Origin: Histomonas meleagridis 2922-C6/04-290x
Lineage: Eukaryota > Protista > Parabasalia
Direction: 5' to 3'
DNA: 64,000 nt
Assembly: GCA_020184695.1 (NCBI GenBank)
Contig: JAANOX010000116.1
Coordinates: 76,750-140,749 of the forward strand
In this document: positions 11,801 to 20,985 of the stretch, piece by piece
How positions within the stretch are numbered: position 1 is the stretch's first letter
Layout: each line of letters opens with the position of its first letter
Notes under the pieces: generated by a model
The model's database searches: none
What the model saw: the letters and a program-made list of their open reading frames with translations, nothing else
Told to the model about the DNA's origin: nothing
Program-made: the position numbers and the translations under genes

Positions 11801-12361
11801 TTGAGTTTCTTCTAATCCAATCTTTAAAAGTGCTGTGATTGCTGTTGTGAATTCACTTGAGAATTTGATGAAAAAATTGGGATCAATTGTAAAAAGATGA
11901 TGCATAAGAAAAACTGATGACAATACACCAGACCTTGTAGTTCTTGCTGTTAACCAAGAAAAACACCTTTCAAAGAGTTTTGGAATTATTGGAATTGAAA
12001 TAACTCGAGATATTCGTTTAACAAGGTGGGCAATTCCATCAATTAATATTACGGATTCTAATGGTAGGATTCTTTCGAGATTTTGATTGATTAATATTAG
12101 TTGATTATGATCTTCTTCAATATCAACATAATATGAAAAACCTACTAGAGCAGCAAGACGATCTTCAGTTTTCCTATAATGGAGTTTTTCTTGAGACCAC
12201 CGAAAAAGTTCATTTAGAAAATTTCTTTGATTTTCTTCATTCGCATTTTTGAAAGATTTGGTAAATAAAACTCGTGAGTGTGTAAAAGCTTCCTTAAACG
12301 TGCTCATGGAAGATATTTCATTTTCAATATTTTCGAAGCTTTGCGAAAGAAAAGAATCCAT
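5843..12361 (-). CDS. TOR: TOR-family PIKK kinase (HEAT-FAT-degenerate FRB-kinase-FATC)
   Basis: 2172 aa; YLLKGREDLRLDQRIMQLF, GIGDRHPSNI, HIDFSDCFE, VPFRLTRM, and terminal YYGWAPFW FATC. Confidence 0.9.
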   Translation of the reverse strand: MDSFLSQSFENIENEISSMSTFKEAFTHSRVLFTKSFKNANEENQRNFLNELFRWSQEKLHYRKTEDRLAALVGFSYYVDIEEDHNQLILINQNLERILPLESVILIDGIAHLVKRISRVISIPIIPKLFERCFSWLTARTTRSGVLSSVFLMHHLFTIDPNFFIKFSSEFTTAITALLKIGLEETQKPAVDLFQQFIEISPQGNQIVSTEITTIIYSPPTELPRYLLLLKSFLKNNNDVCNEKANDIFTSIISFLNTSPIPEHLQILVKLCKVLNDKAQEISNSILSLFQNNDQIDFKNPKICMIYSKILRVMPKTFSLFGNSLLPTLVNNMDCFFIIATSIIDCSPELVDRNLFLDKMQHMEFNEYSINFCSSYFTAFKEDSFRIISIFVPKLNESFENNNSIKCILQLITKLSIITEFPIEDYWEFVFNIFNNSSNENIKIISIQTLFIIIHRFDYEKQKKLLSLLLSLQNNLSSKLKITLCNSIDDSLLSHFSDHSLFFMAEQLYEDDNYSVKISTLDLISRIQNFTPLSTMKFFQTKLKQFPFVYFQIPLKRDRMQEISLLPLIIQSSGSFARSHQTDLIKFIIEILNSKVETSLTLPKRVIYKFEQKYDQKIRIYSLKSITALANKKACDKDMLFSIISSIVEQFFIYKKTSIHLSATESLKSLFRNFPITKLISSKKIVKFHQRLYQFLKTSTNSRVNILILQLLGTIGALDPHQFHNPKTPIPINESYPLYDSTNREQSTLNYVMKYILGQLKDGKPHELPVLINALTYIFQSDSQKCLIYLEDVIKLINSFHVKPELIASDDLLHFLTTIILVVDVAILPYKDDIYKLVLPYLKENTSIDAIKLLCALIFAIKCNFKEYGPNTFKIIYDLIQKEEDSNNIINYLLALTLIVIYADGSIRLYFDLIQKYVYKNDITSEFAITFLCQTLRNCSFPQIVLPSFHLACNFINTETHLQYISIRLIELLIIRFTSIMFSLPINLSELHPEISKFLNEITSNSAFEFLRNFDAVPDPYPIRSKPSIKPSSLSQVFSRGRLQSSVSENDWSSWLLQITQELVLCSNSPAIRASHPLLRVSSDFERGLFPFVIVSVWDISSENDRSTLSNYLLEIVHNSHTPTNILEIIISACEAMDRAQFTLFTDPLIIGQIAERCNSWFIAIRFYEKNSILNIETIQHLLRIQSLLKRKECALGLLSIVQSPNSNCELLEALSMWKQARDVYSQKLKETKCNENYLIKYLSCSMLIEDWQSIIEKFDDFKTYSKDIQAQLAIIFVAAARNSKLNPHEFLLSIKNDDPITCIFRTLVALDFNQLNTAKKWVQKGLKMLSMNFSSFLSGTYEPSIPIIYKSMIFEELKDIIYQRENKITSKEILLIWKSKANYINRDPTQLGYIHKVRELLQCNEEEMFEINFDYVNSLRRSQEWTLFNNCYNNLFTNNNAKENDKIKLLQAKYRYDNQLINNYDEFIEIINKENINDEIYCDAVCSYTNRCPINPNAIPLLKKVIEIQPTKIRAWKNWAFFNLGCAQNNEYNEIDRVNYASNAINGFAKLISLTRPSLHFLCHLCNLFFTFGSHLTNFKNVSKNLISLSPSSVIQIIPQLMVQFDHKNEEVRKVVYKIVENFSINHFQALAMPLCLVKRTPTSSKTLLTFIEQMGEKHYEVMKDAEIFTNAMLHIAVTAVEEAIVLLERAVACSENEKYEKEVMDLLKQVLNIMDSTQSQFVKNIFTFSKISYYHDRLSSIFQNNNNINNIKPKDKVLLYNTSHGIKSILQLRMEAITTIDINELDLNIVDQPFSLAIPGFYSVNKAPATIKSIGHVMKLIPSAKRPRKLRIIGSDGINYKYLLKGREDLRLDQRIMQLFSLANSILHDDKFGIEKHLHIRQVPIVPIAPNAGLIVWAEGGETLYSMISWHRKVLGIIENKEQQMLREYVGNNHIIGEKEATLRLNIVQKLELHREVCSCYPDDDIRETLWLKSQNAEIWLNKITNFSRSNGLMSIIGYIMGIGDRHPSNILVMKGTGNVVHIDFSDCFEKANLRAYVHETVPFRLTRMIVRAFGASGVNGVFSMTAEYVMKLMRKNKDALLAFLDIFVQDPITDTIWYKNAVDFTTKWNGETEEKGAMLKRAIARVNDKLCGQEFGEILNVHDQVQKLIEMATDELNLAQMYYGWAPFW

Positions 12362-13090
12362 GATTTGCCTAGGGATTTTGGCGTTGAACCCGTTTAATAT
12401 TGTCCTTAATAACGGTTTTTACTTGTCCATCGAGCCATTCAAAAAGTTATGATGTAACGAGGAACGTCATTTTACATATCTCTCATGTTTTTTCTTCTAC
12501 TAAGAATTATAACAAAAATGCTTGTACAATATGCATGTTATTCGAAAGCCGTTTGGAATATTCAATAAAAACAAAATAATTTTTTTACAAATTTATATTT
12601 GATATTTCCATTTCTTGAAATTCTTATGATTCAGAGTACCAAAATCATATTGTTTTTGTATCAACAACGAAATGTTATATATTAATTATAAAATGAAAAT
12701 TCAATTGAATGTCAGACCGAACGTGTAAATAAACTTAAAAAAAAATATGTTTTATGCAAATATATATAAACTTAACTCAAAATGGACTGAATTCTAATGA
12801 TTTTAGATATATTTATTTAATCAAGATTAAGAAAATCTGATACTATATTTTATGATTGTAAATACATGAATTCTCAAATAAATACATATCATATTATTAT
12901 TACTCACGGAAATACAAACATAGTACGTAATGTTTTGACTTAGAACGTCTCCAAACACAAGACTTACGATTGCAGAAAGATTAGTCAGCAAAGTTATTAG
13001 ATTGAGTGCAATTTGATCGTTCTCGTTTTCAAAAAGAATAGTCAGATATAAAATTTACTCTTTAGTTCTAACGTATTTAACAATAAAAAT

Positions 13091-14859
13091 TCACTGTAGT
13101 TGGTACTTAACCAAATCGGCATAAAACCCGTTCTTTGCCAATAGTTCTTTATGTGTACCTTCTTCTAAGATGTGTCCATTTTGGAACACCAGAATTCTAT
13201 CTGCGTTAATCACAGTAGCCAATCTATGTGCGACCAAAATGGCAGTCTTTCCGTGTCTGAACTTTTCGAGTGATTCGTGCACCAATTGTTCACTTTCTGT
13301 ATCCAAAGCAGCAGTTGCTTCGTCCAAAAGTAGAATTGGTGCATTAGCAAGAATAGCTCTTGAGATACAAATTCTTTGTTTTTGTCCACCACTTAAACTT
13401 GTTTGGTGTACAATAGAGTTATGACCTTTTGGAAGATCAGTAAGTTATGAGCATTACCAACTTGTGCAGCCTTGACAATTTCTTCCTTGGTAGCATCTGC
13501 TTTAGAGTAACGAATATTATCAAGAATTGAGACAGAAAACAATACAGGTGTTTGAGGTACAACAGATATATTCGACCTTAAATTAACACATGATAATTCG
13601 GAGATATCTTTTCCATCAATTAATATTTGTCCACTTTCGATTTCATAAAATCGTTGAATCAATTGAAGTGTTGTTGATTTACCACAACCACTTTCACCTA
13701 CAAAAGCAACAGTTTCACCAGCATTAATCTTAAAACTTAAGTCTTTAACAGCATAATTCTCTGCTGATTCATATTTGAAACATACGTTCTTGAATTCGAT
13801 TGTTCCATCAACTCTATCCAATGTGTCTCCTTTCTTTCGATCTATTTTAGGTTTCATTTCGATTAATTGTATGATTTTCGCTGATGATATTGCAGCTTTG
13901 TTCATATCATTACTTACTGCAACTGCTTGTGTAAGTCCAAAGATGCCCATAATCATTGAGAAGAATACAATGAAAATATCACCGCTTGTGTAACCATAAT
14001 ACATTTGATTCATTACCATGTCACTACCAAAATAACAAATTGCCGCAACCATTAAGTTGGCAAGTAATGATATTGTTCCATCTTTAATCCCTTGTGCTAT
14101 ACTTGTCTTGAAGAATACTTTATCAACTTCAATAAGTTGATCCTTATATAAGGATGATTCATATAATTCATTATCAAATGATTTAATTGTTCGGAAACTT
14201 GCAATTGCTTCTTCTGCTTTGTTGTTTGCTGCTGATGAACTTTCATTATATGTGATCCATATTTTATCAATGATTTTGTCTCCAACACCATAAACTATAA
14301 GACATACAATTAACACAGCACCACCAATGATGGATAAGCGCCAACATGTAACAAATGCTAAGATAACCCCTGCAATGGCTTCACCTGCCATTTGAAGTGC
14401 ATTTAAAAATTTCTCAAAATAAACATCATGGATAATTGTTACATCTTGTGAAAGTCGGCCAACAAGAATTCCTGTGGGTGTTCGATCAAAGTAATCAATT
14501 CCTTGTTCAACAACATTTTTGTAAACACGTTTTCTTAGATCTTCTGGTAATGATGAATTACAATACGATCTAAGACCATAAGCAATACTAGATGCGAAGA
14601 ACATTCCAACAACGAAATATGCCATATCGCATATAATTGGAACAAATTCATCCATGAAGTTTTCGCTTGCAAAGACAGTAACCATATCACCAAGCATGAT
14701 AGACATCATAACAGGTAATGCCCCTACAACAAAATGAAGAATAAATGTTAATATGTATGGGACTTTATGTTCTAAATAGCCCATGATCTTGAAATATTCA
14801 CCTCCTCTTCGCATTTTTTCATCTTCCTTACTCACAACATTCCTGAAAGTCGATTCCAT
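13091..14859 (-). pseudogene. ABCB (MDR/TAP-type) half-transporter, TMD-NBD, with one frameshift at ~13442
   Basis: Walker A GESGCGKST and Q-loop VPQTP are in frame 1. After ...AHN+tt the frame changes to TDLPKG...LSGGQKQR...[11 protein letters not shown]...VAHRL. This is either a true pseudogene or an indel error. Confidence 0.85.
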
Positions 14860-15004
14860 TGTTCTGATTGGCAATGGCCAAAAATTTTGATTGAAAAAAG
14901 GGTTAAACCGTTCACAAATTTTATCGTAAAATTGAAAGTCTACAGAAAAAATTGAAAGCACTTTCAAAAATCACATTAAATTTCAGTCTTAACGACCAGA
15001 TTTC

Positions 15005-16897
15005 ATGCAGTCTTCAAGCTTAGCCTACCGTCATCCTTCTGAATATTCATCAATAGACATGACCCTTTCTGTTCATAAGGAAACAGGTGACTATAACCAG
15101 AAAGAAGAGTTTCATGCAAGAATCAAATTATATGGAATGTTAATGAAATATCCTAAAGCAATAATTGGTATTTTTCCATCAGTAATCTTTGGTGCAGTAC
15201 CAATTCTTTCATTTCTTTTCATCGGTAATGTAATTAATGCACTTACAAATTTCGAAGCAACACATGGAGAAGTTAAAGATTTCGAATCCGTCAAAAACAA
15301 TGTGTTGTACTTAGTTATAGTTGCCATTGTTGTCGCAATTTGTAAGTTTTTAGATAGTTTTCTTTGGATTAAAGTTGGCTCTGAATTTGTTAACGACTTA
15401 AGAGGCAATGTCTTCCAAAAGATCATGATGAGTGATGTATCATTCTTTGATGTAACGCCAATTGGTGAAATCTTAACATTACTTGGTGAAGAATCTCAAT
15501 CAGTTCAAGATAATTTCGGCATTACAAAAGGACAACAATTCCAATTCATTGGACAATTTCTCATTGGAATCATCTTTTCATATGTATATTGTTGGAAAAT
15601 GGCACTTATAGCCACATGTGTTGTCCCATATTTCATAGCTGTCATTGCCATTTGTAGTAAATACATTGATCGCCATTTCAATCTTAAATTCATCTTCACA
15701 GGCAAAGAGATTACTATTGCTGATGAAACATTATCTAACATTCGAACTGTTCGAGGATTTAATCGGGAAGATGCTGAATTCGAGCGATTTATGGTAGAGA
15801 CACGTAAAGCTGCGCATGAAGATCGAATGACAGCATTATTCATCACTATAATGTTTGTTCTTGTTGATCTTGGAACGTGGGCCATGATTGTAGGTAATAT
15901 ATATTATGGAGGACAACTTGTTGATTCAGGAGAACTTAACTCAGGAAATTTGTTATCAATTTTCGGATATTTAATGTTTAGTTGTATAGCTATCATTAGC
16001 TTACAAATGTCAATGCAAGGTGAAGAACAAGCAATTCATTCTGGTAAGAAGATATTAGAAATTATGAACAGAGAACCAAATGTACCATTTGAAGGAGGGG
16101 AAATAATCGAAAACTTTAAAGGTCATATTCAGTTTCTAAATGTATCCTTCAAATATCCGACACGTGATGTCTACGTCTTAAAGAATGTATCATTTGAAAT
16201 CAAACCAGGTCAAATGGGTGCATTAGTTGGACATTCAGGTTCAGGCAAGTCGACATGTGTACAATTGTTAGAAAGATTTTATGATGTAACTGAAGGTGTT
16301 ATATTACTTGATGGTAAAGATATTAAAACACTTGATCCACGTTGGTTACATCAGAAGACAAGTTTAGTATCACAAGAGCCGATTTTGTTCCAATTATCTG
16401 TTAAAGATAATATTAAATATGGTGTGAGAGATGCAACTGATGAAATGATTAGAGAAGCTGCGGAGAAAGCTAATGCACTTAAGTTCATTGAGAAATTGGA
16501 TGGAAAATTCGATTATTTCGTTGGCGAAAAAGGTGATACTGTAAGTGGCGGACAAAGACAAAGAATTGCAATCGCAAGAGCTTTGATTAAGGATCCAGTG
16601 ATACTTATCACTGATGAAGCAACTTCTGCTTTGGACGCGGCAAGTGAAAAGAAAGTCCAAATCGCTTTGGATGAAGTAATGAAGAATAGAACTTCTGTCG
16701 TGGTGGCGCATAGATTAAGTACAATTAGAAACGCAAACATAATTTACGTGTTCGATGCTGGAGAAATTAAAGAAATTGGTAACCACGAATCACTAGTGAG
16801 GAAAAGAGGTTACTATTATGAACTGGTGAGAAGGCAAATGACAGAAGACGACGAAAAGATTATAAGTAAGGAAAAGAAGAAAAGCAAAAAGAAGTGA
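15005..16897 (+). CDS. ABCB (MDR/TAP-type) half-transporter, TMD-NBD
   Basis: Six-TM region, GHSGSGKST, VSQEP, VSGGQRQR, ITDEATSALD, VAHRL. Confidence 0.93.
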   Translation: MQSSSLAYRHPSEYSSIDMTLSVHKETGDYNQKEEFHARIKLYGMLMKYPKAIIGIFPSVIFGAVPILSFLFIGNVINALTNFEATHGEVKDFESVKNNVLYLVIVAIVVAICKFLDSFLWIKVGSEFVNDLRGNVFQKIMMSDVSFFDVTPIGEILTLLGEESQSVQDNFGITKGQQFQFIGQFLIGIIFSYVYCWKMALIATCVVPYFIAVIAICSKYIDRHFNLKFIFTGKEITIADETLSNIRTVRGFNREDAEFERFMVETRKAAHEDRMTALFITIMFVLVDLGTWAMIVGNIYYGGQLVDSGELNSGNLLSIFGYLMFSCIAIISLQMSMQGEEQAIHSGKKILEIMNREPNVPFEGGEIIENFKGHIQFLNVSFKYPTRDVYVLKNVSFEIKPGQMGALVGHSGSGKSTCVQLLERFYDVTEGVILLDGKDIKTLDPRWLHQKTSLVSQEPILFQLSVKDNIKYGVRDATDEMIREAAEKANALKFIEKLDGKFDYFVGEKGDTVSGGQRQRIAIARALIKDPVILITDEATSALDAASEKKVQIALDEVMKNRTSVVVAHRLSTIRNANIIYVFDAGEIKEIGNHESLVRKRGYYYELVRRQMTEDDEKIISKEKKKSKKK

Positions 16898-17449
16898 ATG
16901 ATTCAAAGAAAAAATCGATAATTTCTTTGATCCTTTTATATAAATTTAATAAAATATCTTAGATTAAGCAAATAAATTTTTGTGGTATTGCAATTGTTCA
17001 AGGAAAAACATAAATTTGGTGAGAAACTTGGAGATAATGAAAATTTGAGCAAAAACACCTCTTCTGAAATTTCAGAGAATTTTTCTGATGGTTTTGAAAT
17101 TTGTTTGAAAACAGTTTATGACGAAATTGACAGAAACTTACAAAAATGAGGAGAAAAAGTTTTTTGGAAGAAAACATACATCTCGGTCAAGTCAAACAGA
17201 TGACCTTCAATCAAACATGTCAAAATAAGTGATGAAGCAACTCAACTTGAAAATGAAGGGAAAACAGAAGAAGCGAACGGACTTTTGGCTAAAGCACAAG
17301 AAAACGAAAACATATTTGCTTAGAGAGAGATTGGATGATGAGATCAAAAAGTTGGTAAAGATAATAAATAATATTATTTGAAAGAGCATTTGTGCAATTT
17401 ATGATGTATCATTGGAACCGATTAATATTAATGAAATTAGGATAACGGG

Positions 17450-18150
17450 CTATTTTTCATTAAATAATTTAACTATTTCTGTATGACCATTTTAGATGCT
17501 TTCATAAGTGCTGTTCGAAATAATTTAAATAATTTCCAATTATTATTTAGAAATCCAAAATTATTAAAATAAATTTTAAATAAAACAAATAAATATTTTT
17601 AGCATTAATATCAATTCCTTCTTGTTCAAGAAGTAATTTAACTATTTCTGTATAACCTTTTTCTGATGCAATATTAAGTGCTGTATTAAATATTTTAAAT
17701 AGTTTCCAAAAATTATATTGAAATCCAAAATTATTAAAATAAATTTCAAATAAAACAAATAAATATTTTTAGCATTAATATCAATTCCTTCTTGTTCAAG
17801 AATTATTTTAACTATTTCTGTATAACCTTTTTCTGATGCTCTAATAAGTGCTGTTTTAAACAATTTAAATAATTTTCAAAAATTATATTGAAATCCAAAA
17901 TTATTAAAATAAATTTCAAATAAAACAAATAAATATTTTTAGCATTAATATCAATTCCTTCTTTGTCAAGAAGTAATTTAACTATTTCTGTATAACCTTT
18001 TTCAGAAGCTAAAATAAGTGCTGTTTCAAATAATTTAAATAATTTCCAAATATTATTTTGAAATATCAAATTATTAATATAAAAACTTTTAGCATTAATA
18101 TCAATACCTTCTTTTACGAGAATATATTTAATCAGTTCAAAATTACCTGA
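17450..18150 (-). repeat. Tandem ankyrin-encoding repeat with periods of 150, 170 and 170 bp
   Basis: The anchor agcattaatatcaat recurs at 17601, 17771, 17941 and 18091. Confidence 0.95.
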
Positions 18151-19300
18151 TTCCATGCCAAAAATTAAAATATTTTTTGGAATTTTTGTATTTTTGAGAA
18201 AATATTTAATAAGATATAAGTTTCCAATCTTTGCTGTTTCATGAATGATATTATCATTAATTATCATTCCTTTTTCTCCCAAAAATGAAAGAACTTCATA
18301 ATTTCCACTGTTAATACAATAAACAATCAAATCATTGTCTGATTTTTCTTCCAATTTATTTTCATAAAGATATTTAAAGATATCATTATGATGAAATATA
18401 ATTGCTGTTTTATATGCATCTTCAAATTTCGAATGATTTTGTTCACATAAATGAATTATTTCTTCATTTCCTCCTGCAATTGCATATTTACCTGTGTTTT
18501 CTATTTTAGAACCATTCATAAGTAAATGTTTAAAACATTTAACTGCAGAAAAAAATGCTGCATAATCAATTAATGAAACATTTTTATGATTAATAAATGA
18601 ACATCTTTCATAAAGTGATGGCACAATTTTTTGATTAAAATCAAAATTTGTTTGTGATGTTATTTCTTGAAGTTTTTCGATTTCATCATTTCGAATTATT
18701 TTTGCAATTTCATTTGGATTATGCCCTTCTTTAATTAATTGTTTATGAAGTTCCCAATCATTCTCTGAAAGTTTCATATAATTATCATTATAGTAAAATT
18801 TATTATGAAATTTTTTTTGTTTTTTGTTTTCATTTTTTTCCTCTATAATGTGAAAAATATTTTGATTTAATGCTTTTAACAATATCTTTATGAATTAAAT
18901 TGCATTCAATCATTTTATCAATTAGATAATATGCATCTTGTGATTTAATTTCATATATATATTCATAAAAAAATTCAATGATTTTTGGAATGTTTTTATA
19001 CATTTCTTCTTCTTTTTGAATTGATTGTAGATAATTAACATAAATAGAACTTTCTTTATGTTGTGAATAAAATGCAAAGTAAACTAAATTACTTATAATA
19101 TAATTAAATGAATATGGAAAAGTTATATCAAATAATTTCATTGTTTGTTGGGTTGAAAAAACAAGATTCTCTTCTGCTAAATTAAATATTAATTGCTTGA
19201 GAGAAATAAGTTCTTCTATACTAATGGTTTGACTTTCAAAATTAATATTATCTCTTTTTAAATTATTTGTAGTTGAAGAAAAATCATGAATATCATTCAT
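17450..19300 (-). pseudogene. Parabasalid DUF3447-like/ankyrin-repeat gene, fragmented by a homopolymer frameshift and loop inserts
   Basis: ORFs 18830-19321 and 17812-18882 join if one base is removed from the T7 run at 18833-18839. Ankyrin cores TAL..ASEKGYTEIVKLLL..EGIDINAK continue to a TAG at 17450. An Inr TCATTT precedes ATG 19300. Confidence 0.75.
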
Positions 19301-19551
19301 TTCTAAATGACACTTTTTCATTCACAATTTTTTTTTAATTTAAATCTCAAGAAACAATAAAGTTTCAATATTAAAAATTGAGACATAATAACATTAATTT
19401 TTAGTAAACTCTTTCAACCGGGGGCAAATGACTAAAGCCGAAACAAAACGCTTCCTAAACGAAAAGCAGGCATGTGGCAAATAAAGTATTTAATATTTTC
19501 ACTGTATCTGTTAAAAATTTGTGTCAACGATGTGAGTGAAGTTCACTTATT

Positions 19552-20466
19552 ATGGCGCTGCTTAAGGATGAGCTCCAAGAGAAGTTTAATTCTTTATTTA
19601 GTGGATGTAATTTATGTACAGATATTGATTTCGCACAAATGACAGCAGATCAAATGACTGATCCGCTTCAAAAGAAAAAAGATATGTATATCAAATGCAA
19701 AGATTTTTTATTTAATGGATATAATCATTTAATTAAAGCGGATTTAATTCAAGAAAGAGATCCTATATCAACATCAATGGATTTTTTATTCGGAGGGCCT
19801 TTTTATCGTGGAGAAGTTACAAGTATAGAAGGATCTTCAAGTACTGGCAAAACTCGACTTTGCCTAAAAATTGCTCACGAAGTTTCACAGGCAGGTCGCG
19901 TTTTGTACATCGATTCTGATTTTACCTTACAACCAAATATATTAGGAAAAATAAGAGAAACATTAGGTCTTGAAAACACTGTACAACCAACATATGGTGT
20001 TGCTGATATTACCAACCCCAATGACGTTTCCTCTTTTCATATTTGTAGTTGTACAAATATCATCGAATTATATGATTCAATTAATCAATATTTTTCACAA
20101 GCTAATGCAGACTTAATTGTTATAGATAGCTTAATAGCACTGTTTCAAAGTACAACATCCAAAGATGGCCCTGGATCTGCAATGCTCCAAGAATTTGCAA
20201 TAGAACTAAAACATCTCGTTCAAGAAAAGAATTGCGTTGCCATTGTTACAAATGTTCTAAGGCGCGACCCTGGAAATAGGAAACCTTTTCTTGGGCGTTT
20301 ATATTGTTCGTTATGGCATCAACGTCTTCAATTATTTTCTCGTAATTACATAACAAGTCAGTGCAAACTTGTAGCATCGCAGCGGTACAGAGAACAGATG
20401 CACTTGCTCTCATTGCAAAGGATGACTGAATGTCATGATGAAGTTGGTGATTTTGAAGAGGTTTAA
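19552..20466 (+). CDS. RAD51D: RAD51 paralog, RAD51D-like
   Basis: Walker A GSSSTGKT, VLYIDS, Walker B IVIDS, and AIELKHLVQEKNCVAIVTNVLRRDPGNRKPFLGR resembling RAD51D [26 protein letters not shown] (recalled). Inr TCACTT at 19543-19548. Confidence 0.7.
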   Translation: MALLKDELQEKFNSLFSGCNLCTDIDFAQMTADQMTDPLQKKKDMYIKCKDFLFNGYNHLIKADLIQERDPISTSMDFLFGGPFYRGEVTSIEGSSSTGKTRLCLKIAHEVSQAGRVLYIDSDFTLQPNILGKIRETLGLENTVQPTYGVADITNPNDVSSFHICSCTNIIELYDSINQYFSQANADLIVIDSLIALFQSTTSKDGPGSAMLQEFAIELKHLVQEKNCVAIVTNVLRRDPGNRKPFLGRLYCSLWHQRLQLFSRNYITSQCKLVASQRYREQMHLLSLQRMTECHDEVGDFEEV

Positions 20467-20985
20467 ACGGTCGACATCAGCTTTTTAAATGCTTATTTGG
20501 CTTTGCACCCATAAACGAACTCCAACTCAAAAAGTCGTATCGGGAAAGTCACTTTTTTGTGATTTTTAGGGCGCCTCGTTTTGTTCAAAAGATGGAAGTG
20601 TATCTCAAAAAGTTAAAGAAAGGAGTGCCCTTTTTCAAAATATGATCATATCATTATAACATCGGCAAAATAGAATATGTAATTGATTAAAATTAAATTT
20701 TCATTGATTTGATTTCGATGATTATCATTTTTTGTATCTTAAAATTTTTAATTAGTTAAAATTAAATTTTCATTGATTTGATTTTGTTGGTTATCATTTT
20801 TTTGTATCTGAAGATTTTGTTATAATTTAACAATTTTGATGTATCATTTTTGTATATTTGCCCGAAATTATGGGTTTGGTAAAATGAATGTCAATTGAAA
20901 CATTCCCCATCGTTATTTTCAAAAAGCCATGTTTTTCACAATATTGAATGTGTTGTAAAATATTTGAAAGAAAATTCTTGGATTG

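Noticed and set aside
12995-13020. ATTGCAC (U1A-binding loop) on the minus strand, within a ~75-codon ATG-less open frame
   Set aside because: No U1 5' end, no stem-loop I and only a 3-bp stem; the open frame has no start codon and no recognisable family.
12964-13030. Resemblance to U6 snRNA (ACGAT...AAGATTAG...GCAA...CGTTC...TTTT)
   Set aside because: The invariant ACAGAGA box and AGC triad are broken (TGCAGAAAG, AGT) and no internal stem-loop forms; likely chance.
17450-18150. Regularly spaced repeats that could be mistaken for a CRISPR array
   Set aside because: The units encode ankyrin cores, the intervening sequences are similar to each other, the context is eukaryotic and there are no cas genes.
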